Positions 27,301-39,300 of a stretch of DNA of 64,000 bases are shown here, one piece after another. The stretch spans positions 4,836,001 to 4,900,000 of the forward strand of contig NC_134035.1 in the NCBI RefSeq assembly GCF_964204645.1. Direction: 5' to 3'. Made by a program: the position numbers and the translations under genes. Source of the DNA: Tubulanus polymorphus (Eukaryota; Animalia; Nemertea). Numbering within the stretch: position 1 is the stretch's first letter; the number at the start of each line of letters is the position of its first letter. The notes beneath the pieces were generated by a model, which was not told where the DNA came from, ran no database searches, and worked only from the letters and a program-made list of their open reading frames with translations.

Positions 27301-30300
27301 CCAAAAATAAAACTTTTAAGTTATTTTTCTAAGGGAGAGATGACTGGTACACAGTTACAGATATAGGCTAGGGGTAGTAATACCAATATCACTTCTCTCC
27401 AGGAAGAGATGACTGATAAACAGTTACAGATATAGGCTAGGGGTAATAATACCAATATCACTTCTCTCCAGGAAGAGATGACTGATAAACAGTTACAGAT
27501 ATAGGCTAGGGGTAATAATACCAATATCACTTCTCTCCAGGGAGAGATGACTGATACACAGTTACAGATATAGGCTATGGGTAATGATACCAATATCACT
27601 TCTCTCCAAGGAGAGACGACTGATAAACAGTTACAGATATAGGGTCGGGGTAATAATACCAATATCACTTCTCTCCAGGAAGAGATGACTGATAAACAGT
27701 TACAGATATAGGCTAGGGGTAATAATACCAATATCACTTCTCTCCAGGAAGAGATGACTGATAAACAATTACAGATATAGGCTAGGGGTAATAATACCAA
27801 TATCACTTCTCTCCAGGAAGAGATGACTGATAAACAGTTACAGATATAGGGTCGGGGTAATAATACCAATATCACTTCTCTCCAGGAAGAGATGACTGAT
27901 AAACAGTTACAGATATAGGCTAGGGGTAATAATACCAATATCACTTCTCTCCAGGAAGAGATGACTGATAAACAGTTACAGATATAGGCTAGGGGTAATA
28001 ATACCAATATCACTTCTCTCCAGGGAGAGATGACTGATACACAGTTACAGATATAGGCTATGGGTAATAATACCAATATCACTTCTCTCCAGGTAGAGAT
28101 GACTGATATACAGTTACAGATATAGGCTCGTGGTAATAATACCAATATCACTTCTCTCCAAGGAGAGACGACTGATATACAGTTACAGATATAGGCTCGT
28201 GGTAATGATACCAATATCACTTCTCTCCAGGTAGAGATGACTGATATACAGTTACAGATATAGGCTCGTGGTAATAATACCAATATCACTTCTCACCAGG
28301 GTGAGATGACTGATGCACAGTTACAGTCTCAATAATTAGCTGATGTTAAGATCGCCAAAGGGGTCCATCGCTTAATTTTATTGTTATTAAGCAAAACTGA
28401 CATCTAAAATACTCTTGGAAATACAATTCATCCGTTCTACTTTCAGCAACATCATGTTAAGAACAATCGCTTGGGTCGTATTTTTCGTAGCCGTCGTTTA
28501 CATGGTTACCGGACAAAACTCGACGATGGCGCCAGGCGGAAACACCGGTGTGGCCGGCGGAAACACCGGTGTGGCCGGCGGAAACACCGGTATGGACAAC
28601 GGAAACTCGACCAGCGGAGGAAACTCAACCGAGAGCGCTGAATCATCCTCATCTTCATCGTCGTCGTCATCTTCGGAAGAGGATTCCGGTTCGTCGTCCG
28701 AAGAATCCTTCGATACTTCAAACAGCACTGGTAAGTGTACTTTAAACTCGGGGCCTTATGTTTTACTCATCAAAAACTGATTTGATTTCGTCGTTGATTC
28801 AGTTTAGTTATCGATTCAAGTTTAACACTGACTAATTCTAACTGTAACACACGATTGTGGAACCGAAACCTTGACCAATTTTTTAAGATAGATTAATGGG
28901 CATTCATTGAGTCTATATGCATCGGTGAGGGAGAGGCTAGAAATTTGTCAATTCTATGCATAATGCTTAGAATTGGATGGTTGCATACATTGGTGATTTG
29001 AAAATCAGCAATATAGTTATTGAGTTTAGATACTTTAATCTGAATGAACCATTACGACACAAATGACCATAAAGCCTTTTACTAACAATACTAACGATAT
29101 TATATTCATTCCAGACACTGGAAATTCAACATCTGCCAACTCAACTGTTGTCAGGAGGAAGAGACAATTGGAGGTGAGTTTTTTTTAATAGAATCTCAAT
29201 TAGGAATGCTCTCAGCTTGACTGTTTAGCAGAAAATTTCGTTTTAACTGATAGATCCTTATATCCAATATAAAATCCATCCATTCGGAGAAACCTGTTAC
29301 TATAAATGAACTTCAAGGCACCAGGAAATCTGTTTGTTATGAAGTCATCAATGAACATTTAAGAAAATATCTTTTTCCGATTCCTTTTTTCAGATCTAAA
29401 CGCAGCCGATATTTCTTTCCAAATCTAAAATATTTCCCGATTGAAGATGAGGAAAAAGTTGAAAAAATATTAAATTGTGATTTCTATCATTCAAAAGCAA
29501 CTTATTGTCTTTTCACTGAAGTTTCGTTCAGGATTTTTATGTTCATCACGATGAAAGACTTTCGCTAAGGAATGGATCAACCACAGGTTAGATTCAGAAT
29601 TACTTTATACAACTGACCTAACACAGGTTCAATCCCATTTCTTTCCACAATTTGGTTCAGTACACAGAATTGCAAACAGCCCTGTTTGGAAAGGTTAAAT
29701 CTATTCTATACTCGGTACTCACTCTTCTTGGAATTTCGGAGATTTCGAACCGCGATAATTCCCCTTGCTGGCCTTCATCATAGATTTCAGCGGTTGCGCG
29801 CGAGGGTTCACGTTGACGATAACTCTCGATTCGAGTTGAGACGTTTCCGGTGACTGTGGGCGCGGCATCGAGGAAGACGCGGGAACGCCAGAGGAGGAGG
29901 AGGAGGATGGATTCAGAACGTGCGGTATATGATGAACCGGCTCGGTGGCACCATGAGTCTGAAAACATAAAACGCAAAATTCACAAACAACAAAACAGTT
30001 CCATAACAAGAGAAATCCCACAATAAGTTCAGCCAAAACGAGAAACTTGAATAGAAGAGTTATATATATTTGCGCAACGTTTCGGCTAAAGACTATTAGC
30101 CATCATCAGGCGTACTCAGTACGCCTGATGATGGCTAATAGTCTTTAGCCGAAACGTTGCGCAAATATATATAACTCTTCTATTCAAGTTTCTCGTTTTG
30201 GCTGAACTTATTGTGGGATTTCTCTTGTTATCTTCTTACACGGATATTGTGTATCTTCTCGTCTCAAAACAGTTCCATAGTTCTACAGTAAGAAAATTTG

Positions 30301-33300
30301 ACTCTTTGCAGTCAAATAATTCAATGGAAATCGACTAATTTCATCGACTCAACATCTTGCAGTCAAATTACAGGGCTGGCAGATGCAAGTTGACATTGGC
30401 CTGGCTGATGATACAATTTTTTTAATGGGTGCATTTCAAAGGCTATTGAGACCATTATAGTTTTCCGGTATCATGATTCAGGATTCACTATTGAGTCAAT
30501 TTGTTGATGAATGTTACAGATCATAATGATTTAGACGCAGAATAGTAGATCAAATACGTTTTCATCAATGGGCGCAGGCCAAAAACCTTCAGGAACAGTC
30601 ATCATCGGCAAAATTATTGGCCTTGCCAAAACCGCCCCAGCTACGCCAGCCCTGAATTAACTGACAACTGTGGAATATCTATAAAACATTCTCCCATTAA
30701 AATAAATGTACATGCAGCGACCTAAAGGAAAAGAAACAATGACTCTAACACAAAAGAATGAGGATACTTCAGAGCACGACTTACACAATAAGAATCACTA
30801 CAAAATTCAACATAAAAGTGCTTGTTTTCATCAAAAACCTAGCGACGATTTGACATGCTGTGCATAAAAAACACAACTAAAACACAACAGACGTACAACA
30901 CGATATCACCATACAGTACTGACCCCTGGTGGTGTTAAGTGTTTATAATACATAGATTCGCGTTGCGCTTCTTCGGCTATTTGTTGGTATCGTTGCAGAC
31001 GGACTTGTTGTTCGCGTTCGGCGCTGATCTCCTGAACGTGTTGCACGACGTTCTTCATTTCCTCCTCTTTCTGCAGACGTTTTATTTTCAACATCTGACT
31101 GTCCTGACGTTTCAATCCGTACGGCTGTCGCAAATAGCCACAAAATAGGCGTTTAATCAACAAACCGACTATCTCAGATACATCACAAAATTGTAGAGAG
31201 AATCCCACAATAACAGTGAAAAACAGTCCGAAAATGTAACTTATTATTGTAGGATTCTCTCTACATTATCGTCTCAACACAGATATAGTGTTTTATCAAT
31301 CGTGATATCACAAAATTGCAATACATGTACAATCACATTTCATAATTCTAACAACGAGAAAGTTATTCTAACACAAATCAGCATTGACATGTGCAGATTG
31401 AAGAACTCGCGTTTGTACAATTTCCAGCTATGAAATTTTACGAAGATATAATACAGACAACCTATATAGAGCCACAGTAGGACGGAAATTATTAAGACTT
31501 TCATTTTCAGATTGATAAAGTGTCATAACAATAATCTCAATCCATTTTATGACAATATCTCTTACTTGATGAGGCTGAACTGAAATCACCTCATCAGGTG
31601 AGATATACTAAAGTTAGCAGTGCATGCACTTCGTAAGCCAAATGTTAACTTGATTCAAACATTATCAATCTAAACATTTAGTACCCATCCTATTGTGGTT
31701 CTATAAATCATTCCAATCTCCACCAAAAGTCTATTATTTACATACCTTCCTTCTGATTTCTTGCTCCCGCATCAGTTCTTCAGCTTCCTTCGCTAGAAAC
31801 ATAAAAATAAGAAGATACCGTCCATAAAGAATATCAAATTTTCAGAAGAAATCCCTCACTAAATCAGCAACTTATTTCAACCTATGATCAATACCTATTT
31901 TCTCCTGCTCTCGTTCTTGCTCTTCGATGCTGATGCGCATGAGTTCGTCTTGAAGTTCACGGGCGTTGCGTTCTAAAATTCGAAAGGTTTGAAATTAACT
32001 AAAAATTGACGCAATTTCGAATACAGAAGTAGTACGATGTAACAATATATGTTTGCCGTTCAGAAAAATATCAATTAAATGAACCATGTTAGAAGCTAAC
32101 AGCAATGTTCCATTAACTCTTAGAATACCTGGTACCCGTTCATCTAGCGATAGCATATGTTTCACATATATTTTCTATTTAGTTTGAATGTTATTCTAAA
32201 ATATGTTTGTATAAAATGAGATTGAACTAGTGCGTTTTTAAGCTGTGACATTTTTCGGCAATTTTTTTCACTTGGAGCGAGCAATTGGCGGTTTTCTGAA
32301 AGTATTAACAGTGGTGTTGGAACCGTAGCGACTGCAGCGGCAAGAGCCATGGCAATAATTTACTGTTTTTTTTTTTTCTCTAGAATGTTTTTGATGAAAT
32401 TGATATTTATTCGCCACGGCAATATGAGAACCTGTCAAAAATCGGCCATTGGCCGTGGCAATCAAAAATTGCTTCCAATTGCTGCCTGATTAAACTTGTA
32501 AGATGATCAGAATGATGACTAAAGTGCCAGTAATTTCTTACAGGTCTCCTTGAAGAATTATTCACCACAATCGTGAACAAAAATTCCCGAACGCAATGTC
32601 TCGACTTTTAAGGAAGTGTAAATAAGTGTATAAATTCATCGAGGTCACAAAGTTATCGAAGCTCTAGAAGTAAAATGCTGCTACATATCGAGATTGAATA
32701 AAAAAGTGTCGATTATTTTGTTATAGAAAAAACAAACAACTGTATCGTGAGTTCTACGCCGTATCGAGCTACTTTCAGATACCTGACACTGGTTTCTTTA
32801 ATATAGACTTGGTAGGTCTAGCAGCCCTTATCGCTGGACAAAGTGAGAAAGAAATGTTTCGTGTGAAATGAACAAACCGCAAATTGTGACATTTTTTTCA
32901 AAATTTACGTTCGAAACCGTCGTGACAAACAGTCGTACCTTCTTCCTCTTTTCTTATCCTCTCATTTTCTTCTTTCTCTAAACGTTTTCGTCGTTCTTCC
33001 TCTTCGAGTTTTTTGCGTATTTGTTCGCGTTCCTGTTCGCGTTGTCGTTCGAGCGCGGCGGCTCGTCGACGTTTCTCTTCTTGTTCCGTCTGCTGTCTGA
33101 GTTTGGCTTCGGCTTCGTCTTTCTGTCTGCGTTCTTCAGCTAACACTTTGCTTAAAAAAAATACACACGTGCCAGAGAGAGAGGTGTAGACAGACCAGAC
33201 TAACTAGGATCTCTGATTGTAGTAGTTTTCACAAAAAATGAGAATAATTTGACATAAAAACATTCTGCTTTTGAGGGTCTTTTAATATTTTTGGTACTTT

Positions 33301-36300
33301 TGGTAATTGAGCTCTTGAAAAGAGTTGAAACCCTCATAAAGAAGTCGTAGTGTGGATCTGCATAGGTGAGATAGAGCTTGGATAGGCAGAATTTCTGCCC
33401 CAACCACAGAAACAGACCCTGGCAGGTGATCCTAACGTGAACAAAACCAAAAAATCACACGTGCTTTTCTCCAAAGATCGCTTCAATAACACTCCAGGCA
33501 AAAACGAAAAACAAAATATCTTAGAAATAGCAAAACAACTGCATCACATAAAAGCAAAGCTGATTTCCACATATCCTTACAAATTGATGCTTTAGTTACA
33601 AACATATCCTAAATAAAACGAGACGAATAGTACTTTATAGGTTAACTAGTTTATTAGATGCACGAGCTTTCGCTACTAATGTATAGTAGCTTCATCTCTC
33701 ATTCACCCGATGGAGCTACTATACATTAGTAGCGAAAGGTCGTGCATTTAATAAACTAATGTCTATTTCAACCTGACTTGAGAGCATTCCGGGTGGCCTA
33801 GCTCGCTCATTTTTGGTAGTACATACCTGATAAAGGTCTTATTAGGACCAGAAAGGACAGGCAGTCAACCTAAATCATCATTTTTTAATCCATTTGAAAC
33901 TGTATTGAAGGATATCCAAAAAGTCTTCACTGAAAGGGGTTAAATGAAGAGAAGTGACTCCATTATTTTAAAGTTTAACAATATGTTTCAATGCCTACGT
34001 ATCAAATTTCAGTTGGTAGGCATGGAAACATATTGTTTAACTTTCAAATCATGGAGTCTCTTTTCTCTCAGGAACCCCTCTCAATGAAGACTTTTTGGAT
34101 ATCCTTCAATACAGTTTCAAATGGATTAAAAAATGATGATTTAGGTTGACTGCCTGTCCTTTCTGGTCCTAATAAGACCTTTATCAGGTATGTACTACCA
34201 AAAATGAGCGAGCTAGGCCACCCGGAATGCTCTCAAGTCAGGTTGAAATAGACATTAGTTAACCTATAAAGTACTATTCATCTCATATTTATTCTACACC
34301 TGGTTAACATGGCTCCTCCACGAAACATATCTTGTTGCAGTAGTCATCGATCGTAATTACAGTATATAAGATATATTGAAAAATAAATGATAGCTCTACA
34401 TGAGCATAATCAGATACTTGAGTTATGATATATAAAATAATATATGATAATCAAGTTATTTGGTAAGAAAAACCTTAAAAAGATTGTTTCAAGAAACATC
34501 TTCTTACCGAATCAATTCAATACTGAAAAGCACAAAAAAAGAGTATAAAATTGTATAGAATGTCTTTCCATTGAATTCATCCTCACCATACATTTCCATA
34601 TACTGATACATAACCTATATCAGCATGTAACTGGCACAAACATGTCTGTTTATGACTGCAGTGAACTGATGTAAATCTCAGCATAGAGTTAACGAATAAA
34701 ACCCACAGTTACTTCTGTAAAAACAGGTTATTGCCTTGAGGTTCAAACTAAACCTCATCATCATAGGAACAAAAGAATAAACTGTTTTTACTGAAGTAAC
34801 GGTGGGTTTTATTATGTATGTTTATCTGAGGCATACATGTAAGGCAGACATGTACATGTAGTTGAGGCAAACATAAACATGTTGTATCTGAGGCATTCAT
34901 AAACATGTATCTGAGGCTTACATGAACAGGTATCTTAGGCAGACATGTACATGTAGTTGAGGCAAACATGAACATGTATCTGAGGCATTCGAACATGTAT
35001 GTGAGGCATTCGAACATGTATCTGAGGCTTACATGAACAGGTATCTTAGGCAGACATGTACATTAGTTGAGGCAAACATGAACATGTATCTGAGGCATAC
35101 ATGTACATGTAGTTGAGGCAAACATGAATATGTATCTGAGGCATTCATGAACATGTATCTGGGGCAGACATTAACGTGTATCTGAGGCATTCATGAACAT
35201 GTATCTGGGGCAGACATAAACGTATATCTGAGGCAGACATGAACATGTATTTCAGGCTCAAGACAGTAACATATCGTGTACCTTTCTTTGTCGTTTTTTT
35301 CACGTAATTCTTTCTCTTTAAGAAGCGTCATCTGCTGTAATCGAAACGATTTTTCATCATCGGGATTCATCCCCGGGTGCAGACGGGGGCAAAACAAATC
35401 AGAACCCTGAAGCGATATACATAAACTATGTTTTAATAATTACTCCTACAGTAAGAGACCAGAAACTTTTGGACGTAACAAAATTTCAAATCAATATCTT
35501 ATCGAACACTTACGGCGCCTTTTCTGATGGTTATCGTAAGTTGACAACTGCTCTTCAACGCGACTACGGCTTCCGAATGAGATATATTTAGAAAACTCGT
35601 TCCGTTGACGTCGACGATCTGATCTCCAACTTGTATTCCGGATTCTTCGGCGAGACTTCCGACTCGTATCGACTGTATGAATATACCGGGTTTATGAACC
35701 GGACCGCTGCATATACTGCATTACAAACAACATAGAAGATTCATAGAGTAGCTGTCTTGTTAATCGGGTTCAGAATAAATAACAAGACAAGTAGCACTAT
35801 ATAGATTAACTACTTATTTGACGCACAAGCTTCACCTGATGAAGCTTCTATACATTAGCTTGAGCGTCAAATAAATACCGTAGTTAACCTATAAAGTGCT
35901 ACTTGTCTCGTTATCTTAACAACATAGAAGACAGAGTTATTGAATGGTTGATGATTTCACAATTCATTTTCCGACATTTTTGACTAGATTTCATCATCAG
36001 AAAAACGAAAATAACATAATAATGGTAGACAGTGTATACCATTACTTTATATCGATACACTGTCCACCATTACACTACATACCATTATACACTTTACCAT
36101 TATACTGTTTACCGTATTGTTATTTTCATTTCTCTGATTCTAAGATCAATACAACTCATAGAAGGCACCTTATCAAAGGTACACAAATTTTTTATCAGCG
36201 GTACTGTGCAAGGCACCACTCAATAGGGTGTCATTGTCTCTAGCGCCACCATGGATAAATTTCTCAAAAGCTGATTTAACGTTAACCAGTGGATAACTGA

Positions 36301-39300
36301 CATAGTGGCGACATATTTGTCACCATGGCATTCAGTTGGTCAAAAATTGTGATGAGTTAACTGGTGGATAAGATACCATAGTGACCACTGAAATTGCACG
36401 GTGACTATCGTGTTTGGCCCTGATGGTTAACTTTTGAACAACTAGATATGGAACCTATATTGACCGCGTGACGGATGAATATACCCCCGGTAATTTTATT
36501 TACATACCTACATCCAAAACTGTCGGATCCAGCCATATTCACGAACAGTTTAACCTCGTGGTTTTCGTTTTCTACACCGTCCAATACGTGTTGCTGCCAT
36601 CAAAACGAAAATACGACGATAATGAATGTAGATAGCACGATGATAAATACGTAGTCAAACCCCGATATACCGCCCACAGAACAATGCAGAACGGTGCAGA
36701 ACGATTTTGGTGGTATAGAGAGTATGGCAGTATATCGGGAGCGTTTTACCATGTATTTGTATAGGGATATACATTGAGAAAACCTGGCGATATGCGGGGA
36801 TGGCGGTATATGGGAGGGTGGTATAACAGGGGTTGACTTAATATTTCAATGTTTCTGTATCTCTTACCAGTAATTTCGAGGAGTCCAAATAATCGACGTA
36901 TTTCCATGAGACAGGATCGGCAGCAGTACTGAAATCAAGTGACACCTTGATGTAAACTGTGGACAGATGGATACATGTTAACTAATCATAAACCCAGAGT
37001 ACTTACTCTCTGACCGGAATCATTCCAACACCTGAAAATAGAATTCGCAATTTCGTTAGCTCAGTTTTGAAAGCGCAGAATTCATGATTTTCAGACCGGG
37101 ATTCGGGCGAAGGCTTACGTCTAACTTTCAGGATGATTTCGCTGCGAGATTTAATCAGATTGAGAACCTCCTCGTGAATGGCCTGATCGATCGTGAATCC
37201 GTTCACTCGAACTATCTGATCCCCGACCTGAAAACGCAAGCATACAAAAATACAATACAAACCTTAATGTTGACCAAAACACTAAAAATGTCCATAAACC
37301 GTATCTTACTCAAGCGGATGCAAAAACCCACATTCATAATAAGAATCAGCCCATCTAGTTGGTTATTGAAAAATTGAAATAAACATGCTGAATATAGGCA
37401 GAAGTATTCAGCCTGAAACATTAGATCCATAGGCCTATACATAAACCTGTTGTTTTACTGATTGTACCATTTTAAGAATCTGCTTTTAGTCTAAGACAAT
37501 TGAAAAGTAACTCACACGCAGGCCTTTCAGTGCAGCTTGAGAATCAGGCAGTACATGCGATACAAATATACCAACACCATGCTCCAATCCTACAAAATAC
37601 TCCAACAAATCGATGAAATGAAATCATTCAAGAAGCAGACCTACAACTATTACTATACATACCACCACGAACTGCGAATCCTAAACTTTCGGTCGGGCTA
37701 CGGCGTAAACGAATGACTCTGAGTTTCTCGCTGGGTTTCGGCGGCGCCAAGCGGTCGTATTCGATCTGATGTTTCAACGGTATCAGCGGCCTGAAACACG
37801 ATTTAAACGAATAAATCGTAATATTCCAAACACCACCACGATAAGTAAACGTTGAATAGAAACGCAACTAAAATAGATGTATCTTCCTCAAGAACTCCTT
37901 GGAACAATAACATTCCAAGGATAAATACGGTCATTCCTCATTGCCTCTCTTTACCCAGTAGAAAAAGTATACCTCGCCTGATAGCACTGAAAGATAGTTC
38001 AAACAAGTTGAAATATCATTTTTGGTATGGTACCATTATAGAAATGTGACACAGTAAGATCAAAATTGGAATTTCAGCAATAATTACTGGTAGTACTTAT
38101 TCTCTTTGACCATGTATTCCCCATAACCTCGCTAATACCAAATACTGCACTGGTACTTGGACCATCGATGGAATTATGTTTTACCTCGACCAGGATTCGG
38201 GCCAGACCTCCTCATCTTCGACCTTATACCTACGCACCCAACAGTCTATCCGAGACAGATTTATTAATCAAAGCTGTCTTCCGAATTCGTAAATAGAATT
38301 CCAAAATGCACGGAACGAATCCTGAATCTATATCGAATCTATAAACGATGAATACCGAATTTCATTATCCTTCGTAATTGTTCTAGCTGTGAATCCGCAT
38401 TCTGCGAGCATAAGACAAAGTGGAAAAGTATTCCATTCAATCCGATAGAGATTTGAGGAGAATTGAACACAAACGTACACGCAGAAATCCGGCACTATCA
38501 ACTGTTGCCTACTCATGCACGTAAACTCTCTCTCTCTCTAGTTACCAGCTACTATCCCCTGATATTAATTATGAATATTGTGATGTAATGAAGACAAATA
38601 AAAGATTACGGAATCGTTAATAATTCAAACGCCTAACATCAATTCTTTTTCAAATCACAGCTATTTCTGTTCAGTTCAGTTCCACAGCTCTGTGACCATC
38701 GAGTTAAAATGGAATTGTATCGAAGCGGGTTTCTTGCAAGAGGCTGAACCTGTTGCATCACTTGCGAATTAATTAGATTAGTCCATTTCGGGTTTTTTTG
38801 TCAAAAGGTCTCGACGAGTGATGATACATACTATACTTCGTGGGCTCCCTACAGATCAGTCATTCCAGAATTCAAAGACTTTTCAAGGAGTTTTCAAGGT
38901 GAACATTTCAAAAAGTGTATGCATCACTTTCATATCCCAATTACTGCAGACTCCTCCTAAATCGGTACTGTTTATCTTAGTAAACTACAGTATTCAATTC
39001 GGTAGAATCCATGTGTATAATAACTAGGCCTAAAACCTAAAATTTTCTAATTGCCAATTTCTCAAAACTCTAGCAGATTTCAAGGACTTTTGGGCATTTT
39101 GCTCAAGTTCAAAGATATTCAAGGACCTTGAAAAATATTTTTGGTTTAGAAGGAGTTTTCAAGGAATCAAGGAGTCATAGGGACCCAGACTTGGTAAAAA
39201 AGAGGCAGTTTCGATAATTTACACACGGGACAAAAACTTAACCTGGGTTTTACGAATTGAGAGGCAAAATCTGCGTTCAACGTATTGTACAAAATGCAAT

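Noticed and set aside
27321-28289. 322-aa hydrophobic Cys-rich repeat ORF
   Set aside because: By-product of a 69-bp (3n) SINE-derived minisatellite; non-ATG start and intronic location.
31554-31607. CTGATGAG within a hairpin as a hammerhead
   Set aside because: No GAAA box or cleavage triplet after the stem.
33826-33860. CTGATAA-AGGTCT..AGGACC-AGAAAG as a hammerhead
   Set aside because: Core mismatched, no NUH triplet and no stem I closure.
34748-35017. Cys/Met-rich ORF
   Set aside because: Translation of an intronic minisatellite.
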